From: an uncultured Clostridia bacterium
GTDB lineage: Bacteria; Bacillota; Clostridia; Christensenellales; UBA1242
Assembly (NCBI GenBank): GCA_944349765.1
Contig: CALVNN010000004.1
Coordinates: 1 to 62,820 of the forward strand
DNA length: 62,820 nucleotides
Direction: 5' to 3'
This document shows, one piece after another, positions 25,391 through 35,475 of the stretch (its first letter is position 1; each line of letters begins with the position of its first letter). The notes beneath the pieces were generated by a model. The model was not told the origin of the DNA and made no database searches. It was given only the letters and a program-made list of their open reading frames with translations. The position numbers and the translations under genes were made by a program.

Positions 25391-26767
25391 ATGGAAAAAA
25401 CTTTAGATAAGATAGTCAATCTTTGTAAAAACCGTGGTATTATTTTTGCTGGCTCTGAGATATATGGCGGTATGGGTAATACATGGGATTATGGCCCTGT
25501 GGGGGTGGAAATCAAAAACAATATTAAACGTGCTTGGTGGAAGCGTTTTGTACAAGAAAATGACAATACTTTCGGCATTGATGCGGCAATCCTTATGAAC
25601 CCTAGGGTGTGGGAAGCTAGTGGACACGTGAGTAGCTTTAGCGACCCTTTGATAGATTGTAAGGCTTGTAAGAAGCGTTTGAGAGCGGATAATGTAGTCG
25701 AGGATTATGCTAAGAAGCACAATATTGATGTGGTAGCTGATTTGATGACAAATGAACAAATGCAAGATTTTATATCTGAGCATAAGGTGAAGTGTCCTTA
25801 TTGTGGTAATAGCGATTTTACTAGCATAAGACAGTTTGGATTGATGTTTGAGACGAGTCGTGGTGTCACGGATGAAAATCAAAATAAGATATATCTTCGT
25901 CCTGAGACTGCGCAAGGTGAGTTTGTAAACTTTTTGAATGTGCAAAGGACCACAAGAGCTAAAGTACCATTTGGTATTGCACAGATAGGTAAGGCGTTTA
26001 GAAATGAGATCACACCGGGCAACTTTACATTTAGAACTATTGAATTTGAGCAAATGGAGCATCAGTTATTTTGTAAAGCCAGCGACGGTGCAAAATTTTA
26101 TGAACTTTATAAGCAAAAAGCAAGACAATTTTTATTGGATTTAGGTATTAATCCTGAGCATTTGAGATATCACGACCATGATAAGCTAGCCCACTATGCA
26201 CTAAGTGCTTGTGATATAGAATACCTTTATCCTATGGGCTGGAAAGAGTTAAACGGTATTCACAATAGGAGTGACTTTGATCTATCTCAACACCAAAAAT
26301 TTAGCGGTAAGAGTATGATGTATACCGACCAAATAACAAATGAGAGCTATATTCCAAATGTAGTGGAAAATAGTATTGGTGCGGATAGGTTAGCTTTAGC
26401 TATTCTTTGTGAAGCGTATGATGAGGAGGAGTTAGCCGATGGGGAGACTCGTACGGTTCTTCACTTGCATCCAGCTATTAGTGCTTACAAGGTGGCGGTA
26501 CTGCCACTTCAAAAGAGCTTAAGCGAAAAAGCTAATGAAGTATTAGCTAGTCTTAAAAAATATTTTATGTGTGCATATGATGAGGCGGGAAGCATAGGTA
26601 AGCGTTATAGACGTCAAGATGAGATAGGTACTCCATTCTGCGTGACTATTGACTTTGATACACTTGAAGATGATACCGTCACTATTCGAATGCGTGATAG
26701 TATGGAGCAAATCCGTATCAAGATAAGTGATTTGGTAGATTATATAAACAAAGCTATAGTATTTTAG
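25391..26767 (+). CDS. glyQS: Glycine--tRNA ligase (homodimeric class II, GlyQS)
   Basis: N-terminus IVNLCKNRGIIFAGSEIYGGMGNTWDYGPVGVE and motifs ...FRNEITPGNFTFRTIEFEQME..., GADRL. 458 aa. Confidence 0.96.
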   Translation: MEKTLDKIVNLCKNRGIIFAGSEIYGGMGNTWDYGPVGVEIKNNIKRAWWKRFVQENDNTFGIDAAILMNPRVWEASGHVSSFSDPLIDCKACKKRLRADNVVEDYAKKHNIDVVADLMTNEQMQDFISEHKVKCPYCGNSDFTSIRQFGLMFETSRGVTDENQNKIYLRPETAQGEFVNFLNVQRTTRAKVPFGIAQIGKAFRNEITPGNFTFRTIEFEQMEHQLFCKASDGAKFYELYKQKARQFLLDLGINPEHLRYHDHDKLAHYALSACDIEYLYPMGWKELNGIHNRSDFDLSQHQKFSGKSMMYTDQITNESYIPNVVENSIGADRLALAILCEAYDEEELADGETRTVLHLHPAISAYKVAVLPLQKSLSEKANEVLASLKKYFMCAYDEAGSIGKRYRRQDEIGTPFCVTIDFDTLEDDTVTIRMRDSMEQIRIKISDLVDYINKAIVF

Positions 26768-26786
26768 TAAAAAAAGAGGTGATAAT

Positions 26787-27389
26787 ATGTTACTAATTAT
26801 TAGTGGAAGTAGTGGTGTAGGTAAAAATACTATTATTGAGGAACTCAAGAGAAGATATCCAAATTATAAACATTTTGCTAGCTACACGACAAGAGGTAAG
26901 CGTGAAGGCGAAGTAGAGGGTGGTAATTATTATTATGTTACCCGTGATGAATTTATGGATAGAGTAAATAGCGGAGATATTTGCGAATATGAAGAATCTC
27001 ATGGAAACTTGTATGGTTGTTCGCTTGATGCCATAAGAAAAAATCACTCTGATGATGTGGTTTTAACTAAAGATTTAGGCGTTGAGGGAGCTGTAAGTGT
27101 AAAGAGAATCCTTAAAGATGAAATTCCTGTTTTTACAGTGTTTTTAACCGTTGATAAGGATGAACTACGACGTCGTCTAGAGGGGCGTGGCGAAAAGCAA
27201 ATAGACCTTCGACTTGCTAGATATGATTATGAGCAAAAGTTTACACCATTCTACGATATGGTCATATCAAATGACGATATGGATAAAACTATCAATGCTA
27301 TAGTGTCTGGTGTTAATAAAGTAAAGGAGAGTAATAAACAAAATGAAAGAAAAAATACTGATAACCTCGGCCCTACCTTATATAAATAA
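26787..27389 (+). CDS. gmk: Guanylate kinase
   Basis: P-loop ISGSSGVGKNT, then SYTTRGKREGEVEGGNYYYV and E..ESHGNLYG motifs. The 3' end overlaps metG by 47 nt. Confidence 0.88.
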   Translation: MLLIISGSSGVGKNTIIEELKRRYPNYKHFASYTTRGKREGEVEGGNYYYVTRDEFMDRVNSGDICEYEESHGNLYGCSLDAIRKNHSDDVVLTKDLGVEGAVSVKRILKDEIPVFTVFLTVDKDELRRRLEGRGEKQIDLRLARYDYEQKFTPFYDMVISNDDMDKTINAIVSGVNKVKESNKQNERKNTDNLGPTLYK

Positions 27390-29040
27390 TGTTCCTCATA
27401 TTGGACATATTATAGGGTCTCATTTGCCAGCCGATATTTTTGCACGTTTTCATAGGACTTATGGGGATGATGTAGTGTTTATTGGTGGTGCTGATGAGCA
27501 CGGTACACCAGCAGTAGTATTGTCTAAGCAAACTGGTGTCCCTGTCAAAAAGATTGTTGATACACTTAAAGCCGAGCATAAAAAAGTGTACGACAAACTA
27601 AATATTAGTTATGATAATTTTAGCGGAACTAGTATTCCAATGCACGTTGAAATTACGCAAGATTTTGCTAACAAGATGAATGAAAATGGTTATATTCATA
27701 CTGATACAGTAGAGCAATACTATTGTGAAAATTGTCAGATGTTTTTGCCTGATAGGTTTTTAAGGGGCACTTGCCCTAAATGTGGCTATGATGATTGTGA
27801 CGCCGACCAGTGCGAAAAATGCTATTCTGTTATTAATGCATATGACTTAATCAATCCTCATTGTTATAATTGTGGCGGAAAACCTATTATCAAAAAGTCT
27901 ACACATTTATTCTTTGATATGCCAAAAGCACAAAAAGCTGTAGATGAATATTTGGAATCTAAAAAAGACATTTTTAAGCCTTATGTGTATGCTGAGGCGA
28001 AGCGTTGGATGACAGAAGGCCTTAAGAGTCGTTGCATAACTCGTGATATGGAGTGGGGAGTACCTGTCAATTATCCAGGACTTGAGGATAAGGTCTTTTA
28101 TGTTTGGTTTGAAGCGCTACTTGGTTATGTTACCTTTACAAAGCAATATGATGAAAATTTCTATGAGGAAGTGTGGAAAAAACGTAACGGAAAGATATAT
28201 CATTTCTTAGGTAAAGATAATATACCTTTTCATGCGGTATTTTTCCCAGCTATGCTTGTCGGTAATGGCGAACATAATTTCCCTTATGATATTGCTGGCT
28301 ATAATTTTTTGAATTATGAAGGTAAAAAGTTTAGTAAGAGTAAGCGTATAGGTGTATTCTGTACGCCACTGCTTACTAGCGACCTTGAAGTTGATGCTTT
28401 AAGAGGGTATTTGACAAATATTCTACCTGAGACCAAAGATAGCGATTGGAAATGGGAAGAATTTAAAAACTTTGTCAATAGTGAATTGGTTGGTAAATAT
28501 GGTAACTTCTTCAATAGAACTATTAATTTATTAAACAAAAATTTCCCTACACTTGATGTTGATATTGATACAATTACATTAGACGAAGAAGATAAAGATA
28601 TTTTACAAAAATTAAAAGACGAGGCTGATAAAATCACTGATTTGTATAAAAATATCAAACTACGTGATGCATTTAGGAGCATAATGCTACTAAGCATTGA
28701 CGCTAATACCTATTTGGAGCATAAAGCACCTTGGAATTTAATCAAAGAAGGTAAACTTGATGAGGCTAAAAAAGTGCTATATATTTGTCTCAATATTTGT
28801 AGGACTTTGGCTATACTTGCTAGCCCAGTATTACCTGAGAAGACTCAAGAAGTGTGGGAACAATTAAACTTGGAAGGACAAGCTAATCAACCTGATAATT
28901 GGGCAAAAGTAGGTAAAGTGGATATTGCTATAAATCATAAGATTAACGAACCTAAACCTTTATTTAGAAGAATAGATGATGACTATCTAGAGAGCTTGAA
29001 AGAACATTTTTCAATACCTTATGAATTAAATTTTGATTAA
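27343..29040 (+). CDS. metG: Methionine--tRNA ligase
   Basis: ILITSALPYINNVPHIGH (HIGH), zinc knuckles CPKCGY..CD..C and CYNCG, KFSKS (KMSKS). Confidence 0.96.
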   Translation: MKEKILITSALPYINNVPHIGHIIGSHLPADIFARFHRTYGDDVVFIGGADEHGTPAVVLSKQTGVPVKKIVDTLKAEHKKVYDKLNISYDNFSGTSIPMHVEITQDFANKMNENGYIHTDTVEQYYCENCQMFLPDRFLRGTCPKCGYDDCDADQCEKCYSVINAYDLINPHCYNCGGKPIIKKSTHLFFDMPKAQKAVDEYLESKKDIFKPYVYAEAKRWMTEGLKSRCITRDMEWGVPVNYPGLEDKVFYVWFEALLGYVTFTKQYDENFYEEVWKKRNGKIYHFLGKDNIPFHAVFFPAMLVGNGEHNFPYDIAGYNFLNYEGKKFSKSKRIGVFCTPLLTSDLEVDALRGYLTNILPETKDSDWKWEEFKNFVNSELVGKYGNFFNRTINLLNKNFPTLDVDIDTITLDEEDKDILQKLKDEADKITDLYKNIKLRDAFRSIMLLSIDANTYLEHKAPWNLIKEGKLDEAKKVLYICLNICRTLAILASPVLPEKTQEVWEQLNLEGQANQPDNWAKVGKVDIAINHKINEPKPLFRRIDDDYLESLKEHFSIPYELNFD

Positions 29041-29051
29041 TTTAAGATTGT

Positions 29052-29083
29052 AAAAAAGCAAAGCGAGGAAGCTTTGCTTTTTT
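29052..29083. terminator. Bidirectional terminator between metG and ogg
   Basis: AAAAAAGCAAAGC(29052-64) / GCTTTGCTTTTTT(29071-83). Confidence 0.75.
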
Positions 29084-29916
29084 CATTTGCCACTACGACG
29101 GTAATAAAATACATATTGTTGTGCGTAACCGCTTAAATTTTTAAATATATTCACAAGACTTGAAGCTATTTGTTTTCGGTTGAATGAAGGTGTGGATGAT
29201 AGACTCTCATTATATACTTTATTTATCCAAGTGTCCACAGGGAATACATCCATTCGGTGCATTCCAAATAGTAGTATACAGTCAGCCACTTTATCTCCTA
29301 TCCCCATAAAAGATGTAAGATATTTTCTTGCTTCAGTTGTCGGTAAAGTTATTAAATAATTTAAATCAAATTCCTTATTATACAATTTATCAATTGTGTC
29401 TACCAGATATTTTGCACGGTAGCCTGTTCCAGCTTGTGTAAAGAACTCAATGTTAGCATTATGTAACTTTTCTAAAGTAGGGAAAGTATAGTAATCATCC
29501 TTTTTTTGACCTAAATTTTCACATATGTATTTTAAGGATTTTTGTATTCTAGGTATATTGTTATTTGCAGAAATAATAAATGAAATGATTATTTCTAATA
29601 AGTCATTTTTTAGTATCCTTATACCATATCCAAAATTTATTGCCTGACTTAAAAATGGGTTAGTCGCTAGTTGTTTTTTTATAGGTGTGTAGTCTGTGTC
29701 TAAGTCAAAAAATTTTTTGTAATAATCTACATCATCACATTCAATGATAAAGCAATCATTTTCTTTAATGATCTTAGCTCTATGTGTACCACTGTACACT
29801 ACATAATCATCACCAAACTTTTCATATCTAAAAATTTGACCACATTCTAGTATGTGATCAGGTTGAAATTGACTTGTATCTTGAATTATAATTTTATTAT
29901 CTTCTAAAATGTACAT
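29083..29916 (-). CDS. ogg: 8-oxoguanine DNA glycosylase / AP lyase (HhH-GPD, Ogg type)
   Basis: HhH-GPD segment LTSFMGIGDKVADCILLFGMH...FPVDTWI, with a catalytic Lys and Asp. 277 aa. Confidence 0.8.
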   Translation of the reverse strand: MYILEDNKIIIQDTSQFQPDHILECGQIFRYEKFGDDYVVYSGTHRAKIIKENDCFIIECDDVDYYKKFFDLDTDYTPIKKQLATNPFLSQAINFGYGIRILKNDLLEIIISFIISANNNIPRIQKSLKYICENLGQKKDDYYTFPTLEKLHNANIEFFTQAGTGYRAKYLVDTIDKLYNKEFDLNYLITLPTTEARKYLTSFMGIGDKVADCILLFGMHRMDVFPVDTWINKVYNESLSSTPSFNRKQIASSLVNIFKNLSGYAQQYVFYYRRSGK

Positions 29917-29951
29917 ATGATAATTATACTTTTAAAAGACAAAAAAGTCAA

Positions 29952-30992
29952 TTATTTGCAATATTTTAAAATAAGTTCAACTATTTTTTTATTCGCATCA
30001 GGAAGTTTTGATTTACTCATATTATATTTTAATCTATCACTTGATTTTATAAGCGTTTCAATATTTTTTAGTAAAGTTTGTTCATTCAGTTCTTCTTGTC
30101 TTAACTCAATGGCATAACCTTTGTGTACAAAATGCTTTGAGTTTTGTATTTGGTCACCCCTTGAGCCACTACTCAATGGTATAAGTAGCATTGGTATATT
30201 CAAATATCTTAATTCTGTAATGGCATTGGCTCCAGCGCGACTAACTGCATAGTTTGTATGTGAATATATTTCGTTCATATTTTCACAATACTCAAATACA
30301 TTATAATTCGATGGCAGTTTAATATTTGGTAAATTGCCTTTGCCTACTATATGGATCACATTCATATTTTCGCATAACTTATCGGCTATTTTAAATGCTG
30401 TTTTGTTGATTATCTTTGCACCTAACGAGCCTCCTATAATTAGTAAGGTCTTGGGCTTAGGGAGGTGTAGGTCGCAGGTGTTTGAATATTTTTTTAGGTC
30501 TCTTAGTGGTGTTGATGTGTAGTATGCTTTTTTGTACTTTAGAGCTGTATCTTCAAAATTAGTACAAAGTAGCGTGCATTTAGGATAGATTATTTTATTC
30601 GCTAGTCCCATACTTAAATCACTCTCGTGCATAATAATTGGTACTTTTTTAGATGCTAGACATACAGGTACCGATACATATCCGCCTTTGCTAAATATGA
30701 TATTAGGTCTTATATCATTAAGTATTTTACGAGTTTTACGTACAGAAGAAAACAACTTAAATGGTATAAGCAAGTTTTCAAATTTTAAAGCACGGACAAG
30801 TTTTACAGTCGGGATTTCAATATATTCCACATCAGCATCTTTTACAAGTTCTTTTTCTATTCCATTTGCGCTACCTATGTATATAATTTTATCAAAATAT
30901 TGCTTTAGCTCTGGGATTAGGGCAAGATTTGGTATGACGTGGCCTGCTGTTCCGCCACCAGTTAATACAATAGTCTTTGTTTTTTTGTTCAT
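29952..30992 (-). CDS. murG: Undecaprenyldiphospho-muramoylpentapeptide beta-N-acetylglucosaminyltransferase
   Basis: IVLTGGGTAGHVIPNLALIPEL, IIGGSLGA and SRAGANAITEL...IPMLLIPL motifs of GT28 MurG. Confidence 0.85.
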   Translation of the reverse strand: MNKKTKTIVLTGGGTAGHVIPNLALIPELKQYFDKIIYIGSANGIEKELVKDADVEYIEIPTVKLVRALKFENLLIPFKLFSSVRKTRKILNDIRPNIIFSKGGYVSVPVCLASKKVPIIMHESDLSMGLANKIIYPKCTLLCTNFEDTALKYKKAYYTSTPLRDLKKYSNTCDLHLPKPKTLLIIGGSLGAKIINKTAFKIADKLCENMNVIHIVGKGNLPNIKLPSNYNVFEYCENMNEIYSHTNYAVSRAGANAITELRYLNIPMLLIPLSSGSRGDQIQNSKHFVHKGYAIELRQEELNEQTLLKNIETLIKSSDRLKYNMSKSKLPDANKKIVELILKYCK

Positions 30993-31129
30993 ATTTACCT
31001 CTGTGCATTTTTTCTTGTAATATTTTATGTAACAATTAATAAAATTATTTATGCTTATTTAGCATAATATTAAATTTGTCGAAAATTGCAAATTCATAGA
31101 ATTTTAAGGCAATAGATGTATATTTTAAG

Positions 31130-31158
31130 TTGACTTTTATATACTTGTTTGATATAAT
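31130..31158 (+). promoter_or_regulatory. Sigma-A promoter for tig-clpP-clpX (extended -10)
   Basis: TTGACT(31130-35), 17-nt spacer, TGaTATAAT(31150-58). Confidence 0.6.
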
Positions 31159-31189
31159 ACACTTATAAAAAATTTAGGAGTTACTAAGA

Positions 31190-32500
31190 ATGAATTACAA
31201 GATAAATAAAGAACAATCTACAGTTAATATTACTGTAACCGCTACCATTGAGGAGTGGGAGAAAGAGCTTCAAGACGCTTACGAACGTACTAAAGATAAA
31301 TACGAAGTTCAAGGTTTTAGAAAAGGTAAAGCACCAAGAAAACAAATAGAACTTGCTTACGGTAGCAATGTATTTTTTGAAGAAGCTTTAGAGAATTTTT
31401 GTGCTAATAGCTATAGTGATATTTTGAAGAAAGAAACAAGCATTAAGCCTGTTGCTTATCCTAGAATGTCACTTCAAAAGTCAGATGAAAAAGGTATTGA
31501 AGTGCTTTTTAGCGTAGATGTAATGCCTGAGGTGGAGCTAGGTGACTATAAAGGACTAGAAATAGAAAAAGTTGACCTAGAGCTTAGCGACGAAGAGATG
31601 GAACACGAAGTAGAGCATCGTTTGCATCATCAATTAGAGCATTCAGCTAAATTAGAAGAAGTTAGTGACCGTGAGGTTCAAAATGGTGATGTTGCTAATA
31701 TTGACTTTACAGGTAAGGTTGATGGCGTGGCATTTGAAGGTGGTTCAGCTCAAGGCTATGATTTGGAGATAGGATCTAAAACCTTTATTGAGGGGTTTGA
31801 AGAGCAAATTATTGGTATGAAAGTTGGCGAAGAAAAAGACATCAATGTTACTTTCCCAGAAGAATACCATAGTGAAAATCTAAAAGGTAAGCCAGCCGTA
31901 TTTACTATCAAGCTTAACAAAATATCTAAAAAAGTTTTGCCAGAAATGAATGACGAGTGGGCAAGTGATGTAAGTGAGTTTGAGACATTAGCTGAATACA
32001 AGGAAAATATTAAAAATGAAATACATAAAGCTATAGAGCAGAATGCTAAGATAAAAGAAGAGGAAAATCTAGTAAGGACTATAGCTCAAAATAGTAAGAT
32101 GGATATACCTCATTCTATGATTGACAATGAAATAGACTATATGATTCAATCCTATAGTCAAAGATTAGCATATCAAGGTGCTACACTTGACGACTATTTA
32201 AAACACATAGGTAGCACTATGGAAGCTTTTAGAGAGCAATGTCATCATGATGCTCATGAGAATGTGGAAGCTAGATTGGTTCTTCAGGCTATTATTGAAA
32301 AAGAAAAGATTGAAGTGACCGATGCTGATTTAGATGCTAGACTTGAAGAAATTGCTAAACAATATGGCAAAAGCCTTGAAGATATGAAGAAAGAAATGGA
32401 TAATCACACGTTAAGTCATTTACAAAATGAAATATTGACTGACAAAGTGTTTGAATTTTTAAGACAAAATAACAAATTTGTCGCAAAAAAAACAAAATAA
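31190..32500 (+). CDS. tig: Trigger factor
   Basis: N-terminal GFRKGKAP ribosome-binding signature, central FKBP-type PPIase (DFTGKVDGVAFEGG), helical C-terminal arm. Confidence 0.96.
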   Translation: MNYKINKEQSTVNITVTATIEEWEKELQDAYERTKDKYEVQGFRKGKAPRKQIELAYGSNVFFEEALENFCANSYSDILKKETSIKPVAYPRMSLQKSDEKGIEVLFSVDVMPEVELGDYKGLEIEKVDLELSDEEMEHEVEHRLHHQLEHSAKLEEVSDREVQNGDVANIDFTGKVDGVAFEGGSAQGYDLEIGSKTFIEGFEEQIIGMKVGEEKDINVTFPEEYHSENLKGKPAVFTIKLNKISKKVLPEMNDEWASDVSEFETLAEYKENIKNEIHKAIEQNAKIKEEENLVRTIAQNSKMDIPHSMIDNEIDYMIQSYSQRLAYQGATLDDYLKHIGSTMEAFREQCHHDAHENVEARLVLQAIIEKEKIEVTDADLDARLEEIAKQYGKSLEDMKKEMDNHTLSHLQNEILTDKVFEFLRQNNKFVAKKTK

Positions 32501-32561
32501 ATAGATGATAAATTTATTATTTCGGGGTAATAATAAATTGTTTGAAGGGAGGAAAATTTAA

Positions 32562-33146
32562 ATGTTAATACCTATGGTCGTTGACCAAACTAATAATGGT
32601 GAAAGAAGTTATGATATTTATTCAAGACTATTAGAGGATAGAATTGTCTTTTTGAATGGTGAAGTTACGCCAGAGTCAGCTAATTTAGTTATAGCTCAGT
32701 TAATTTATTTGGAAGCAAAAAATCCTAATAAGGACATTTCCTTATATATTAATAGTCCTGGCGGTAGTGTGACTGATGGCTTGGCTATATATGACACTAT
32801 AAAATACCTAAAATGTGATGTGAGTACGATTTGTACTGGTATGGCGGCTAGTATGGGAGCATTACTTCTTGGTGCCGGCACAAAAGGCAAGAGATTTTCC
32901 TTGCCAAATAGTGATATTATGATACATCAAGCATTGGGTAGTATTCCTTATGGTCAAAATACTGACGTTCAAATAAGAGCAAAACAACTGGAACGTGCTA
33001 GAATAAGGACCGCCGAGATCATAGCCGAATCAACAGGTAGAACATATGAACAAGTTTATGAAGAAACCGATAGAGATAATTGGATGACAGCGGATGAAGC
33101 TTTAAAGTATGGCTTAATTGATAAAGTATTGGATAAAAGGAAGTAA
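32562..33146 (+). CDS. clpP: ATP-dependent Clp protease proteolytic subunit
   Basis: [26 protein letters not shown] and GMAASMGA (catalytic Ser) motifs. Confidence 0.98.
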   Translation: MLIPMVVDQTNNGERSYDIYSRLLEDRIVFLNGEVTPESANLVIAQLIYLEAKNPNKDISLYINSPGGSVTDGLAIYDTIKYLKCDVSTICTGMAASMGALLLGAGTKGKRFSLPNSDIMIHQALGSIPYGQNTDVQIRAKQLERARIRTAEIIAESTGRTYEQVYEETDRDNWMTADEALKYGLIDKVLDKRK

Positions 33147-33148
33147 AA

Positions 33149-34396
33149 ATGGCGAAGATTAACAATATGTTTTGTAGTTTTTGTGGAAGAAGTCAATCAG
33201 ACGTAAATAAACTTATATCAAGTCCTAATGCTGATAGCTTTATTTGCGATGAATGCTTGCTAATCTGTATGGATATGGTCAAGGAAGACAAACTCAAAAA
33301 TAATAAGATGGAAGCTATAGATCTACCTTCACCTCAAGAAATAAAAAAACAACTCGATGAGTATATTATTGGTCAAGATGAAGCAAAAAAAGTTTTGTCT
33401 GTAGCAGTATATAATCATTATAAGCGTATCAACTATAACTTTGGCGTAAACAAAGGCGATGAGATAGAGCTAGAAAAAAGCAACGTCTTGATGATTGGCC
33501 CTACTGGATGTGGTAAGACTTTGTTAGCTAAGACTTTGGCTAAGATACTTAAAGTACCTTTTGCTACAGCTGATGCTACTACTATTACGGAAGCTGGCTA
33601 TGTCGGTGACGATGTAGAGACTATCTTACTAAAACTTATTCAAAATGCTGAATTTGATATTAAAAAAGCCGAACGTGGTATAATATATATAGACGAAATA
33701 GATAAGATTTGTCGCAAATCTCAAAATACTTCTATTACTCGTGACGTGTCAGGTGAGGGTGTGCAACAAGCTTTGCTTAAGATACTGGAAGGAACTATAG
33801 CAAGTGTTCCTCCTCAAGGTGGAAGAAAGCACCCACAACAAGAAATGATACAAATAGATACTACTAACATTTTATTTATTTGTGGAGGTGCTTTTGTCGG
33901 ACTTGATAAGATAGTGGGTACCCGTACAGGCAATAGCATAGGTTTTAACGCTAAGGTAACTACTGATAATGAGATGAATGAATTTATCAAAGAGTTGCAA
34001 CCTGAAGACTTGATCAAGGCAGGTCTTATACCAGAATTTGTGGGTAGATTACCTATCATAGTTGGTTTGCATGGGCTAGACCAAAATGCGCTAAAGAATA
34101 TTTTGACTGTGCCTAAGAATGCTTTGACCAAGCAATATAAGAAGATGTTTGATATTGATGGAGTAGAGTTGGTATTTACAGATAAGTCGATAGATGCAGT
34201 GTCGGAGAAAGCGTTAAAATTAAATACCGGAGCTAGGGGCTTAAGGACTATACTTGAGGATAGTATGCTTCCTATTATGTATGAGACACCTAGCAATAAA
34301 GCTGTCAAAAAGATAGTTATTACCGATGACGTTATTGAAAATAACGCGCCACCGATTATTGAATTTGAAAAAGTTCCAGAAGTGGTAAATGGTTAA
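33149..34396 (+). CDS. clpX: ATP-dependent Clp protease ATP-binding subunit ClpX
   Basis: Zinc-binding CSFCGR...CDEC, Walker [23 protein letters not shown]. Confidence 0.98.
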   Translation: MAKINNMFCSFCGRSQSDVNKLISSPNADSFICDECLLICMDMVKEDKLKNNKMEAIDLPSPQEIKKQLDEYIIGQDEAKKVLSVAVYNHYKRINYNFGVNKGDEIELEKSNVLMIGPTGCGKTLLAKTLAKILKVPFATADATTITEAGYVGDDVETILLKLIQNAEFDIKKAERGIIYIDEIDKICRKSQNTSITRDVSGEGVQQALLKILEGTIASVPPQGGRKHPQQEMIQIDTTNILFICGGAFVGLDKIVGTRTGNSIGFNAKVTTDNEMNEFIKELQPEDLIKAGLIPEFVGRLPIIVGLHGLDQNALKNILTVPKNALTKQYKKMFDIDGVELVFTDKSIDAVSEKALKLNTGARGLRTILEDSMLPIMYETPSNKAVKKIVITDDVIENNAPPIIEFEKVPEVVNG

Positions 34397-34427
34397 AAAA
34401 ATGAAGCCATAAGCTTCATTTTTTTTC
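34394..34427. terminator. Bidirectional terminator between clpX and the 316-aa ORF
   Basis: A-run, stem ATGAAGC(34401-07)/GCTTCAT(34413-19), T-run. Confidence 0.75.
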
Positions 34428-35366
34428 GTCTATATTAGTTATTTTATTATCCGTAATATCAAAACAATATGTTTTTGTTGAGTAATAATTGTTATTTTCG
34501 TGATATATTAGTGTAACTTCATTATTCGCATTTAAAGTTTTAGGAACTGATATTTGTACAAAATCTCCGAAAAATAATCTTAAATGTTCTTTTTTTAAGG
34601 ATTTTTTTAGATTTTCATCTAGGTAACTGCTTGCTTCTTTATAATCACCAGCTAGTATATTAATTAAAAAAGCGTAGGGAATAACATTTTTGTTTTTAAA
34701 TTTTTTTGGTGTCTTTGGATAGGCTGTATATGACTCTTTTAATTTGAAAGGGTTTAAAGTATATACTTTTATTTTGATATGTTTTGCATAGTCGTTTAGA
34801 CTTGTCGCTATTTTTATTTCATTCTCTTTTATTTCGTAATTACATTTATTAAATTCGTAGGTTTTGTTATCTTGGTCTATTATACAGAGATTGTATTTAG
34901 TATTTTGGTGGCTTTTTATTAGTAAATTATTTTTTAGAGATTCTATACTTGCGTTAGGGTAAATATTTTTTAATTTTACATTTAAAATAATTTTATTTTT
35001 ATCCAATATTTTAAAATTAAAATTTTCTAATACAATTAATTGATTATTGCTCGGGTGGTTAAACATTTGTGATGATATATCTAGGCTCTGTGAGTTTATA
35101 AATACTAATTCATAAATATAATTTGAATGCTTTATAATATTTACTTTTCCGTTACTTGTAAGTTTATTACCTTTGTATTCAAATTTTACAATAAAGCTAT
35201 TTTGTAAAGGTGAATTATCATTGATTGTATTCACAGTAACAAAAAATTTATCTTGAAAATCTATTTTTACGTTGATTTTTTTATTATTATCGTATACAAA
35301 TGAGTCTTTATTATCAATGGTCATTATAGATGGCTCTATGCTAGATAGTATTAATTGTAGTCTCAT
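34416..35366 (-). CDS. Hypothetical protein (316 aa, Asn/Lys/Ile-rich, no signal peptide)
   Basis: Long ORF with an AAAGGAGC RBS. About 20-22% G+C in two 60-nt samples I counted. No family recognised. Confidence 0.55.
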   Translation of the reverse strand: MRLQLILSSIEPSIMTIDNKDSFVYDNNKKINVKIDFQDKFFVTVNTINDNSPLQNSFIVKFEYKGNKLTSNGKVNIIKHSNYIYELVFINSQSLDISSQMFNHPSNNQLIVLENFNFKILDKNKIILNVKLKNIYPNASIESLKNNLLIKSHQNTKYNLCIIDQDNKTYEFNKCNYEIKENEIKIATSLNDYAKHIKIKVYTLNPFKLKESYTAYPKTPKKFKNKNVIPYAFLINILAGDYKEASSYLDENLKKSLKKEHLRLFFGDFVQISVPKTLNANNEVTLIYHENNNYYSTKTYCFDITDNKITNIDEKK

Positions 35367-35475
35367 ATTTGCTCCTTTTTATGTATTTATATGAATAAAT
35401 ATTTTCATAAATTACAGTATATATTTTGTTTATAGGGTAATAATTGGTTATATTTAATATAAAAGGGTGAATATT

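Noticed and set aside
25403-26062. 219-aa antisense ORF inside glyQS
   Set aside because: The glyQS frame is unambiguous, with class II motifs along its full length. The antisense product is Leu/Ile/Lys/Thr-rich with no motif, no RBS and no promoter. It is a shadow ORF.
33814-34308. 164-aa antisense ORF inside clpX (similar cases at 35745-36209, 40143-40574 and 28314-28697)
   Set aside because: All lie opposite well-supported genes, lack an RBS and encode Ser/Leu/Ile-rich low-complexity strings. They are typical shadow ORFs.
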